Part shown: piece after piece, positions 36,801-44,177 of the stretch
Position numbering within the stretch: position 1 is the first letter of the stretch
Layout of the letters: every line of letters starts with the position of its first letter
Assembly: GCA_964022095.1 (NCBI GenBank)
Contig: CAXHZO010000007.1
Coordinates: forward strand, 19,391-83,390
Direction of reading: 5' to 3'
From: an uncultured Arcobacteraceae bacterium
Lineage (GTDB): Bacteria > Campylobacterota > Campylobacteria > Campylobacterales > Arcobacteraceae
DNA length: 64,000 nucleotides
Position numbers and translations under genes: made by a program
The notes under the pieces: model-generated
What the model was told of the DNA's origin: nothing
Seen by the model: the letters and a program-made list of their open reading frames with translations, nothing else
Database searches by the model: none

Positions 36801-39534
36801 TACCATTTTTTATATCATCAAAAGCTGCTACCATTTCGTTGTATTGTGTTGAACCTTCTTCTAAATTATCAAGAATCCCATTTTTTAGGTTTTCTAGTTC
36901 TGTTGCATTAAAATAATCTCCTGAGATTAATCCTCCAACTGAACCATATAAATTATATCCTGCACTAATAGCTCCAATTCCACTACAAGCTAAAGAAGCG
37001 TATTCTAGTTTTTCATCAAAAGAAGTATAATGGTTCGGTATTTCTGCATTCCCTGAGATTGAAAATCCTAAATTTTGATTTTGAATTCCATAAAATTGGT
37101 CATTAGTAGAAAATCTATTTAAAAAGAAATCGGCTTCTCCTAAAGGTTCATCTTCTCCATTTATTTCATTTTGTCTTATTTCTTGCATTGTTGATATTGT
37201 ATTACAAACCAAAGCAGCGTAATTCCCAGTAGCAACTGCTAAAGCTTGATTTACTATATATTTAGCAACTGCAAATATTTGCAATGAAGAATCAACTTCA
37301 TCTTCATCTAAAGCACTATATTGAAAAGCAAAAGGAATTGTAGTTGTAGCCATTCTTTCTTTTGTAAGTGCTAATATAGGCATATTTATTGGAATATCTG
37401 GATGATAAAAAGTGTCATATTCTTTTACTAATGGATTATCAACTGAAGCTTTGCCAATAGAATCTTGAATTCCATAATGATAATCTACTGGAAAATTAAC
37501 ATCATTGATTTGGATAATACTATTTTTCCACTCATCATAAACATCTGTATATGTGTCATAAATCAGTCTGAATTTTGCATCATTAAGCTGTTTTGATAGA
37601 TTTTTTTCATATTTAATCAATAGATACTGTTTCATATCTTCATTTAATGAAGTATATGTAAAAGAAGGATAAAACATATTAAAAATATTTTCTAAACTAT
37701 CATTGAATTCATTACAAATTTGATTTTCTCTAAATAATGCCATATCTCTGCCATTATCATTCCAACATTTATATGCAGGGTATTGAGGGTTTTCTTGAAA
37801 TTCATTTTCTATATCTTTCCCCATATCAAGTTTAGGAGCCATATTTGTATGTAAAGATAACTTTACTTCTGCTCTTGACCCTATAGATTCTCCATCGTGT
37901 GAGAATTCTGCATTTTTCATCTCAGAAATAATGAATTTTTTACGGTTTGCAGTTTCATTTGTTCTTAAAGATATTTTATAATTACTATCTAAAAGTTCAG
38001 TTGTACTTTCTTTCATAACATAATAAGATGTAATTTTATTTGTAGAGGTATCAATAGTGTATTGATTACTCTCCCCATAAATTCTAGGTATTGCATAAAT
38101 TGTCCAAGTTCCATTTTCTCTAGGTAGTACTAAGTCAATTGATCCAACATTTATGTGACTTGTCAATATTCCTGATGGAGATTGAATAAGATATTGAATT
38201 GAACTATTAGTTGAATTTTCATTAATAAATGAAATAATTTGATTACTTTCACTACTATAATCTAATATTGAGAATTTCATTATATATGATTGAAAAAAAG
38301 TCTCATTATTTGGATTTGAAGATATTCTATTTACTAAATCATAAGCACCATTTGAGGGTATCAGTTCTTTTTCAAAATCACTAGGTTTTTTTATTCCCAT
38401 AATATTTGCTTCAATTTTATTGTCATCTTCTGTCATATAATAAGGGATACAAATATCTTCTTCGAATACAGGAATAAATACTTTTTGTTTTTCATAAGCT
38501 TCTAATCTTGTATTAAAAAGTATTTTATCTTTATGTTTAAATTCAATATCAACAGCAGCAGAAGATTTATTATAAAGTGTTAGTTCTGCAAGACCTGTTT
38601 CATTTAATTGAAAATATCTTTGCCCATCTTCATTTCCTAGTAAAGGCACTGTGGTATCTATTGTTGCATAAATATTTGTTCCATTTACTGGAGTGTTTTC
38701 TATACCCATTATATGAAATGGATAAGATTTTTCTATTCCTCTACATTCCATAAATTGGTGTGATTTATATTTCAAGAAATCATTAGGAGATACCTGTAAA
38801 TCACCATTATTCTCATTTATAGAATTAAGTATATTGTTATCTTGTAAATCTAATACTGCTTTACTAAAAGATCTAGATTTAGCAACAGTTGTGTTTACAG
38901 GAACGTTTTGCATAGAATTAATTATGGTAAAAAATATTGGTTGTAAATCTTTTATTGCATTTTTTAGATTTTTAAATTCATTATATGTAAGAAGTTCTTG
39001 ATCAAATCCTGAGAGTTTATTATTATATGCAATCCATTGTTGTTTTACATACTCATCATTTGCTGTTGTGCTTAAAGTTTCTGTTTGATTAGTACTTGAC
39101 CATACTCTAAAGTCACTAGTTTTTAAAGTATCAACTTGTGTATCAACTATAGATAAACTATCAAATGCATTTTGAGTAATTGATTTATTTGTTAACAAGG
39201 GTTTTAATAAGATTTCTTTTTCTAAATCTTTTATTAGATTTACTAAATCTTCAGATTGCAAACTTGAATCTTTCTCTTTTAATTTAATAAAAAACTCAAG
39301 AGGATCTTGACTATTTAGACTAGTTGCTAATTCTTGAGTATTTGTAATACCTAAATCATTTAAAGACTTAGAAACTTTTGCAACTGATTCTAAATCTTCT
39401 AATTGAGTAAACACAGTTTCTTTAGTAGTTGAAATCGCAGTTTCGCTACTTTCTGTTCCACCTCCTATACAAGAGGTAAAAAATAAAATTGCAAATATAT
39501 GCAAAATTATAATTTTAAATTTACGTAGTAACAT
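30898..39534 (-). CDS. giant (2,878 aa) surface lipoprotein with adhesin-like C-terminal mosaic (Ig-like, beta-propeller, DUF1566) and unassigned N-terminal ~1,750 aa
   Basis: Uninterrupted 8.6 kb ORF. Lipoprotein-type signal with Cys22 (LFFTSC). He_PIG/cadherin-like modules (GTPPLGSAGTYDIKVTA; NISGIAQSGYFSNILITATN). SBBP-like propeller repeats (DGNIYVAGNT). C-terminal DUF1566 motif (YCSNE...WRVPTQSEL...AYWTDEE). Confidence 0.8.
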   Translation of the reverse strand: MLLRKFKIIILHIFAILFFTSCIGGGTESSETAISTTKETVFTQLEDLESVAKVSKSLNDLGITNTQELATSLNSQDPLEFFIKLKEKDSSLQSEDLVNLIKDLEKEILLKPLLTNKSITQNAFDSLSIVDTQVDTLKTSDFRVWSSTNQTETLSTTANDEYVKQQWIAYNNKLSGFDQELLTYNEFKNLKNAIKDLQPIFFTIINSMQNVPVNTTVAKSRSFSKAVLDLQDNNILNSINENNGDLQVSPNDFLKYKSHQFMECRGIEKSYPFHIMGIENTPVNGTNIYATIDTTVPLLGNEDGQRYFQLNETGLAELTLYNKSSAAVDIEFKHKDKILFNTRLEAYEKQKVFIPVFEEDICIPYYMTEDDNKIEANIMGIKKPSDFEKELIPSNGAYDLVNRISSNPNNETFFQSYIMKFSILDYSSESNQIISFINENSTNSSIQYLIQSPSGILTSHINVGSIDLVLPRENGTWTIYAIPRIYGESNQYTIDTSTNKITSYYVMKESTTELLDSNYKISLRTNETANRKKFIISEMKNAEFSHDGESIGSRAEVKLSLHTNMAPKLDMGKDIENEFQENPQYPAYKCWNDNGRDMALFRENQICNEFNDSLENIFNMFYPSFTYTSLNEDMKQYLLIKYEKNLSKQLNDAKFRLIYDTYTDVYDEWKNSIIQINDVNFPVDYHYGIQDSIGKASVDNPLVKEYDTFYHPDIPINMPILALTKERMATTTIPFAFQYSALDEDEVDSSLQIFAVAKYIVNQALAVATGNYAALVCNTISTMQEIRQNEINGEDEPLGEADFFLNRFSTNDQFYGIQNQNLGFSISGNAEIPNHYTSFDEKLEYASLACSGIGAISAGYNLYGSVGGLISGDYFNATELENLKNGILDNLEEGSTQYNEMVAAFDDIKNGTANAQSLATLATAEKLSSFAEGIDIFNNLLDVNDTLGGLGSQGYNTMRSEANYFYSSFENRKTRSNITIKEVDSLPVVDTSVTLDSVHIIHNLEDGNAEVKLRTRVGVISDENPTYNGSFASNAPYMINGELIYDNGTNNYKTLPNLPFKGYLLKSKNYNGIKDGDFLNIGTDFSLYDASYPSSNNTASIYLEIGLFEGDGGGVDDDMIGVLSKTFYLEDLYNNVDGFRWTPLGNNSYRLSVTDYPVYDAVNLATSVEIIDTENREKQLAHNRDRINDPSALISFHIDIQLGDFIDYEIINVEDAIVDSNPNNAKEPMDYSLLNLKERDFLLANEMRLYDVYNNKAIIYDYEDQIKIANIDENKNLSWGLGINSAALEEQYKPLIQLKNHRRFTSDAINNISFIDTNNLLVFKKEYEYFNEQARLAILDIKDGDTYGDVRGEIKFPIGSAPIHVTTKRVNENTIQVFAILPNIDQNDGKILVYTVTKDSITLIKEEILAHVPQDILLIDDETVLLKSAKIKHISYDDYLNTQEYWIDETYLTLYEFKDNTFRPIDLRQYTFSHHSYNKGTGLVNPFGSSLKNKMKNINSGIVNRLAKVKVINYNYLDSTFVGVINLIYNADNKNYRFGDVQKERVHASNYIENDIYPYFLSDWLTVYPDDLKRDTLDFPYTKIFEENIKYEAKESVFLDSRYILAIGHKLKDDLSINSDALSIIDTFHIDNTEPEIFGTDFEQIHIMEHSNNFHTSINFKVVDNESSMNDLNVTFTQMNPETDEEYYTGTNTDEVNFLQRAKLTCSSDGNCNMTVDLPLKDSSIKTKFRINVQDDNLVVHKYFTTWLAKSEPNIYSYPPLNITLKNENEYNKVDFEIISQNEINNGYIDEFIIENKPDWITSSEYIYGSKTLKLEGTPPLGSAGTYDIKVTAKNDRFEDVEHYIINVIEPDTTPNDFSLQTFEDVELSTLVTKDIVIEGINGYAPISVINGEYTIDDSGIWKTSEDLVTNTSLIKVRHTSSDEYSTETITTLNIGGKTSQLVSRTITDPNKGDFTPNQFTFIDVIDSQLSSIVSSIITITGINETVDLSITNGEYSFNNKDWFTINTTIENSQQIFVRHTSSNLYSSTVNTILTVGGISDTFSSTTIDIPVPILQRQIIPTYEVGQVLNLNINNIGGVATSWSIANNPTWMIIDTTTGNISGIAQSGYFSNILITATNSSGSDDFILNLSVNSKNYPNINIGSHTIDENEIDFTFTDDQDWRDSIESITIQEDYGQDEIPLVEGSDYTLVAGKLSLIVNGTNNIPTKAGNWIITIKATNYYDCTIQVYVQNGSIDILNAQNTLSVSNAPLKQGEISNIKFQALDRFGNIMSYKEVYFDMLITNDDNTFDEPYLIKDINETIYNDFINLSYSPSNRHSYYTNENGWVEIMIKVPACIDVNDGFEIVIKDTNETILMTTANLISSISFESSTSVCTDNDWIKRFGLDTIYNMKLQTDTDGNIYVAGNTTANIEGVTNLSGDIYLSKIDRNGVTKWEKLLGSSEYDLFNDFIIDDTSLYLAITTNGSLDNNSNAGLQDAGLLKVSTIDGSLIFANQVGDINDDLAIGVSKTASGINLYVDQNSESFIYTYNLNGIAISNKSLVDDYTKFIGDNENNHLSIINKNISKLDLNTDFQFSRGNVGGANYNMTGLFTIDTNSTNDIYTTGQTKLKLFDEEVLDSSYHGTIIKRNKNGNYQWSKILGEGNLITTGGTTTIDGITYVIYTQRNNSSTTAPRNMHMKVMNDIDGVVLGSYTWEAGTTAYNNITSADIISDANKHSLYIGANVYGNMINTNIADGSNVVIKKQQYDVPQNVTGYLRSDYLNIITDYDNNLQWVDTSSFMNQRVFDNASNYCSNEVNLDDNNSNSSWRVPTQSELNTTIDSSDTPAIESVFQIVDTNTAYWTDEELDISNVIGIYYWGAGGADSFPKTDSLLIRCVRDN
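33391..33975 (-). repeat. two tandem diverged ~95-102 aa repeats within the giant gene (aa 1854-1955 and 1956-2048)
   Basis: Both copies follow TPNxF..(V/I)....S..V.S..I.I.GING....IS..NGEY......W.......N....I.VRHTSS..YS....T.L..GG.....S.TI. Confidence 0.7.
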
Positions 39535-39687
39535 TGGAATGCCTTTATATTTTTATGTTCTTATAACTAATTATATTATTCAGGCATTGCAATTTCATTG
39601 CAAAAATTCCAATAAAGATATTTATATTGTTTATTGATGATTAACTTTTAGTGTATATAATAAAATATATAATTTATAGGAAATATA

Positions 39688-40086
39688 ATGTTTTTAATGA
39701 AACTACAATCAAAAGAGAAATTCTCTTTTTTACAGTTAGCACACTATTTAGCTAGAGTTGATGATGTTTATGGACAAAAAGAAGAAGAGATAATTTTAGA
39801 GTATTGTACTGAAATGGGTATAGAAAACTTTGATTCTTTTGATAAAGATACTTTTTCTTTAGATGATATTTTAAATGATTTTAAAAGTAGTGTTAGTAAG
39901 AAAATTGTTGTTTTAGAATTAATGATATTAATTCATATTGACTCAAAATATCACAAAAAAGAGAAAGAGTTAATAGAAAAAATTATTAAAAATTTCAAAC
40001 TAAGTGATATTGAGATGCAAAAGTACTCTAAGTGGGGAGAATCTGTGGCAATTTTGAATGAAGAGGGAAAAAATTATATAAAATAA
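39688..40086 (+). CDS. TerB-like small protein
   Basis: 132 aa. FSFLQLAHYLARVDDVYGQKEEEII and a second KEKELIEKI repeat resemble the two-repeat TerB/DjlA-N fold. Confidence 0.45.
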   Translation: MFLMKLQSKEKFSFLQLAHYLARVDDVYGQKEEEIILEYCTEMGIENFDSFDKDTFSLDDILNDFKSSVSKKIVVLELMILIHIDSKYHKKEKELIEKIIKNFKLSDIEMQKYSKWGESVAILNEEGKNYIK

Positions 40087-40141
40087 TAAAAAAGACAAAA
40101 ATTATATTGAATTGTAGGAAATTTTAGGTAGAATTCCTTTT

Positions 40142-40342
40142 ATGGAACTAATAGAAACATTAAATAGTAAAATTGATAAATTATTACACGAGTATGAAAA
40201 GTTGAAGCTAGAAAATATGAATTTAAAGCAGGAACTTGATACTTTAAAAAATGATAATGATGAATTAGTTCGAAATAATCAAGATATGTTTCTAAGAATA
40301 GATAGTACACTAACATTAAAAAAGGCTAGAAAAGGTGAGTAA
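40142..40342 (+). CDS. 66 aa coiled-coil protein (ZapB-like in composition)
   Basis: Heptad-rich sequence LLHEYEKLKLENMNLKQELDTLKNDNDELVRNN. No specific motif. Confidence 0.4.
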   Translation: MELIETLNSKIDKLLHEYEKLKLENMNLKQELDTLKNDNDELVRNNQDMFLRIDSTLTLKKARKGE

Positions 40343-40544
40343 GCAAGCGACATTTCATATTAATAATATGGCTTATACTGTTAACTTAGATGAAGACGTC
40401 TTAGAACACCTTAGTAAGTATTTAGATTTAGATAAGAATAATGATACAAAAGATTTATTAGGTGCATACATAAAGCTATCTCATGAATTCAAAACTTTTA
40501 AAAAAGATATAGAACAAGTTACAGATAAACTTTCAAGGTTTTAA
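40335..40544 (+). CDS. 69 aa hypothetical protein (weakly ZapA-like)
   Basis: GTG start overlapping the upstream stop by 8 nt. FHINNMAYTVNLDEDVLEHLSKYL is reminiscent of the ZapA N-terminal strand-helix. Confidence 0.35.
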   Translation: MSKQATFHINNMAYTVNLDEDVLEHLSKYLDLDKNNDTKDLLGAYIKLSHEFKTFKKDIEQVTDKLSRF

Positions 40545-40545
40545 A

Positions 40546-40977
40546 ATCAAAGCATTTTCTTTACTTGAAATAACAATAGTTATTCTTTTAATAGGCATAA
40601 TAATAACTTTTGCTTTACCAAATTTTTCAAATATTAATAATCAATCAAATTTAGCAAAATTAAAATCGCAAGTTACACAATTAAATGATTCTATAAATAA
40701 ATATAAAACAGAAAAATTGCTTCTAAATGAAAATAATGAAATAACGACTTTAGATGATGCAATTAGTAATCAAATTAATCAAGAACTATTTACTAAGTTT
40801 TTAGATGAAAAAATACTTTCAACAACAAATACCGTAAATAAAAGTGGATTTTGGATTAAAATGGATAATAAAAACTACTCTTTTATAATTTCAAAGGATG
40901 AAAAAATCAATTTTACTTTAGAAAATTCAACTTTTAAATGTGTTAGTGATATAAAATTATGTCAGAGGCTTTACTAA
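40546..40977 (+). CDS. prepilin-type N-terminal cleavage/methylation domain protein (pseudopilin-like), probable ATC start
   Basis: Frame open from 40513. Encodes the class III signal KA-FSLLEITIVILLIGIIITFALPNF, upstream of the first canonical start (TTG 40717). AAGG (40535-40538) lies 7 nt before ATC 40546. Confidence 0.55.
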   Translation: MKAFSLLEITIVILLIGIIITFALPNFSNINNQSNLAKLKSQVTQLNDSINKYKTEKLLLNENNEITTLDDAISNQINQELFTKFLDEKILSTTNTVNKSGFWIKMDNKNYSFIISKDEKINFTLENSTFKCVSDIKLCQRLY

Positions 40978-42824
40978 TGTATTATTATGAACTAGCACTA
41001 TTAAAGTCTCCACTTGATAATCTAACATATCAAAGCCAGAACTCTTTATCAAAAGGTGATAAAGTACTTGTAAAACTTCAAAATAGAAAAGTACTAAATG
41101 AAGCAGTTGTTATAAAGGAGGTTGAAAAACCAACTTTTAAATGTAGTGATATTCAAGAATTCACTGATGAATTTTATGATGAGAAAATGCTTTTAGTAGC
41201 TCATTTTATATCTCAATATTATGTTTGTAGTTTAGGTGAAGCTTTAAGTATTTATACTTCGTTTAATAAAAACATACAAAAAGATACTGCTACAGTTATT
41301 TTTGATAGTAAAATTGAACTCTCACCTAAGCAAACAAAAGCAGTAGAGTTTTTAGATAAAAAGAAACAAGCCTTACTATTTGCAAATACGGGTTCTGGGA
41401 AAACGGAAATCTATATAAAAACTATTGAAAAACATCTAAATGAAAATAAACAAGCAATTTTACTTATGCCAGAGATTTCATTAACTCCTCAAATGCAAAA
41501 AAGATTAGAAAAAGTTTTTGGTTCTAGTGTTGCTATTTGGCACTCAAAAATTACAAAAAAGAAAAAATCTGAGATTTTAACTGCACTACAAGAGGGAAAA
41601 ATAAAACTTATTGCAGGTGCAAGATCTGCACTTTTTTTACCTTTTAATAATCTTGGAGTTATAGTTGTTGATGAAGAGCATGATGATTCATATAAAAGTG
41701 ATTCAAAACCAAGATATCATGCAAAAGACTTAGCTATTTATATGGCAAAAAAGTTTGATATTCAGTTGATATTAGGAAGTGCAACTGTTAGTTCTACTTC
41801 ATTTAATAAAGTGCCTTACTTCAGACTTGATGAAACTTTTTATGATACAAGTAAAAACTATATATTTGATGATAGTGATGCAAACATATCATTAAAGGTT
41901 TTTAATAAAATAAAATCAACATTACAATCAGACAATCAAGTTATTATTTTTTTACCTACAAGAGCAAACTTTAAATATCAAATTTGTACTTCATGTGGAA
42001 AATCAGTTGAGTGCCCATACTGTTCTGTCTCTATGAGTTTACACAAAAATGATTTAGCTTTAAAATGCCATTATTGTGGATATACACAACAAATACCAGA
42101 TACTTGTCCCTCTTGTAATCATGGAGTAATTCATAATTTACGTGTTGGAACTGCTCAAATTGAGGAAGAGTTAAAAGGACACTTCCCCGATAAAACTATA
42201 AAAAGATTTGATAGAGACCAAATAAAAACAGATAAACAGTTAAAGACAGTATTAAATGAGTTTAATGATGGGAAAATTGATATCTTAGTTGGAACGCAAA
42301 TGCTATCAAAAGGTCATGATTATCATAATGTAAAACTTGCAGTTGTTTTAGGAATAGACTCTATTTTAAATATGAACTCCTATAAATCAAGGGAAAAAGC
42401 TCTTTCTCTTTTGATTCAAATTTCAGGAAGAAGTGGTAGAAAAGGCCAAGGTGAAGTTGTAGTTCAAACTAAAAATGAAGAGTTTTTCCAACACTATTTA
42501 TGTAATTCAAATTATGAAGAGTTTTTACAAGAGGAATTAGAGTTTAGAAAAGATTTTTATCCTCCTTTTATGAAAATGTCAAAGGTTACTTTTGCCCATG
42601 CAAATGGTTTAAAAGTAAAAGATGAGCTTGATAAATATGTAAAAATATTTAAATCAATGGAAAATATTGAAGTTGTTGGTTTTGGTCAAAGTCCTATTTT
42701 TAAAATGGCAAATAAGTTTAGATATGAAGTAATTTTAAGATCTACGAATGTTAAGGCATTATTAACTGCACTTCATAGTATCAATAGCACACTAGCTACT
42801 ATAGATATGGATACTATTTATTAA
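40977..42824 (+). CDS. priA: primosomal replication-restart helicase PriA
   Basis: Walker A ANTGSGKTE, DEEHD box, Cys-rich zinc insert (CTSCG..CPYC..CHYCG..CPSC). Start set at the TAATG-coupled ATG 40977 (MYYYELALL). An alternative ATG is at 40959. Confidence 0.9.
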   Translation: MYYYELALLKSPLDNLTYQSQNSLSKGDKVLVKLQNRKVLNEAVVIKEVEKPTFKCSDIQEFTDEFYDEKMLLVAHFISQYYVCSLGEALSIYTSFNKNIQKDTATVIFDSKIELSPKQTKAVEFLDKKKQALLFANTGSGKTEIYIKTIEKHLNENKQAILLMPEISLTPQMQKRLEKVFGSSVAIWHSKITKKKKSEILTALQEGKIKLIAGARSALFLPFNNLGVIVVDEEHDDSYKSDSKPRYHAKDLAIYMAKKFDIQLILGSATVSSTSFNKVPYFRLDETFYDTSKNYIFDDSDANISLKVFNKIKSTLQSDNQVIIFLPTRANFKYQICTSCGKSVECPYCSVSMSLHKNDLALKCHYCGYTQQIPDTCPSCNHGVIHNLRVGTAQIEEELKGHFPDKTIKRFDRDQIKTDKQLKTVLNEFNDGKIDILVGTQMLSKGHDYHNVKLAVVLGIDSILNMNSYKSREKALSLLIQISGRSGRKGQGEVVVQTKNEEFFQHYLCNSNYEEFLQEELEFRKDFYPPFMKMSKVTFAHANGLKVKDELDKYVKIFKSMENIEVVGFGQSPIFKMANKFRYEVILRSTNVKALLTALHSINSTLATIDMDTIY

Positions 42825-42848
42825 ATTTAATCTTATATTTTCTTACAT

Positions 42849-42860
42849 TATTGTATAATC
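42849..42860 (+). promoter_or_regulatory. extended -10 promoter TATTGTATAATC for dapD
   Basis: TG-n-TATAAT at 42852-42859, ~25 nt upstream of the ATG. SD AGGAGA at 42875-42880. Confidence 0.5.
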
Positions 42861-42884
42861 GCCACAAAATTTATAGGAGACATA

Positions 42885-44072
42885 ATGGCTTATACAAAAG
42901 AAGATTTTAAAAAATTAATAGAAGATATTCAAGCTCAAGGTTGGTACAAAAACCCTATTGGTTTCGGTATTGCAAGAGTAGATAGAGGACAGTTAAATTC
43001 TGACAAAATATTACAAGCAACTTACCCATTAATAAACTGGAAAGAAAACTACGGAAGCGCAGCAGTTTTATTAAATGCATTAAAAGAAGCTGGAGAAGAT
43101 GTTGATACATCAAAATCAGAATTAGTTTTAAACATTTCAGATAAATTCTTAGCATCATGCGTTGAAGCATTTAGACCATATATTCCTGAAGCAAAAGGTG
43201 AAGATCACAAAAATGTTCAAGTTATTTCAACATTAGCTTCATTACCAATTGATTCTGGACTTACTGCTGATGATTATAAAGTGGTATTTATTTTTGAAGA
43301 TGAAACTGTAAACTCTGTTGAAGCAGCATACTTAAAATTATATGCTCTTTCAACTGGAAAAGCAGCTTTAAGAAGTTTAAACTTAAATGGAATCTTTGGA
43401 GCATTACATAATGTTGCATGGGTTGGTAATCAACCAATCGAATTAGACTGGTTAAGAGCAAATGAAATTGCATTAAAATTATCAGGAAAATATCCTACAA
43501 TTGATATGGTAGATAAATTCCCAAGATTCTTATCTCATGTAATTCCTGCAGATAACACAAGAATCTTAGAAACATCAAAAGTTAGAATGGGTGCTCAATT
43601 AGCAGCTGGTACAACTGTAATGCCTGGTGCTGCTTACATTAACTTTAATGCTGGTACTGAAGGTTCAGTTATGGTTGAAGGAAGAATTTCTTCTTCTGCT
43701 GTTGTTGGTGCTGGTTCTGATGTTGGTGGTGGTGCTTCGATTCTTGGTGTATTATCAGGAACAGATGGAGTGCCAGTATCTATTGGAGAAAACACATTAT
43801 TAGGTGCTAACTCTTGTACTGGTACTGCTATTGGAGATTCTTGTATCTTAGATGCTGGTGTAACAATTTTACCAGGAACTAAAATTACATTATCTGAAAA
43901 AGCTGTTGCTGCTTTAAAGGAAATTAACCCAGATAAAGAGATTTCTACTTCAATGAAAGGTAGTGATTTCTTAGGAGTAAATGGAGTTCACTTTAGAGTT
44001 AACTCAACAACTGGTCAAACAATTGCAATGAGATCAACTAGAGAAGTTAAATTAAACGCTGATTTACACTAG
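42885..44072 (+). CDS. dapD: 2,3,4,5-tetrahydropyridine-2,6-dicarboxylate N-succinyltransferase (long form)
   Basis: 395 aa. C-terminal left-handed beta-helix hexapeptide repeats (GAGSDVGGGASILGVLSG...IGENTLLGANS). N-terminal domain as in Campylobacter-type DapD. Confidence 0.8.
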   Translation: MAYTKEDFKKLIEDIQAQGWYKNPIGFGIARVDRGQLNSDKILQATYPLINWKENYGSAAVLLNALKEAGEDVDTSKSELVLNISDKFLASCVEAFRPYIPEAKGEDHKNVQVISTLASLPIDSGLTADDYKVVFIFEDETVNSVEAAYLKLYALSTGKAALRSLNLNGIFGALHNVAWVGNQPIELDWLRANEIALKLSGKYPTIDMVDKFPRFLSHVIPADNTRILETSKVRMGAQLAAGTTVMPGAAYINFNAGTEGSVMVEGRISSSAVVGAGSDVGGGASILGVLSGTDGVPVSIGENTLLGANSCTGTAIGDSCILDAGVTILPGTKITLSEKAVAALKEINPDKEISTSMKGSDFLGVNGVHFRVNSTTGQTIAMRSTREVKLNADLH

Positions 44073-44095
44073 TTTTTAATTCTTAAGATAAAAAA

Positions 44096-44127
44096 GGCGA
44101 TGAGTTTTCACTCATTGCCTTTTTTTA
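44096..44127 (+). terminator. rho-independent terminator after dapD
   Basis: Stem GGCGATGAGT / ACTCATTGCC (one G-U pair), loop TTTC, then T7. Confidence 0.75.
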
Positions 44128-44177
44128 TAAATATATACATATATTTATAGTGATTATTAAATTATTATTATATAATC

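Noticed and set aside
40142-40544. Overlapping 66 aa / 69 aa gene pair considered as a toxin-antitoxin module.
   Set aside because: Neither protein shows a toxin fold motif or a DNA-binding antitoxin motif (RHH, HTH, AbrB). The first is pure coiled coil. The pair sits in a co-directional housekeeping-type operon, so the TA reading has no support beyond size and overlap.
42955-43473. Minus-strand ORFs within dapD. Similar ones lie within hemL (60648-60833, 61323-61523, 61661-61876), the OXA gene (48216-48900), rodA/rluD (56786-56980, 57983-58237, 58436-58618, 58784-58990) and the EnvC-like gene (52147-52392).
   Set aside because: These are Leu/Gln/His-rich antisense or out-of-frame translations of confidently identified genes, with no independent support.
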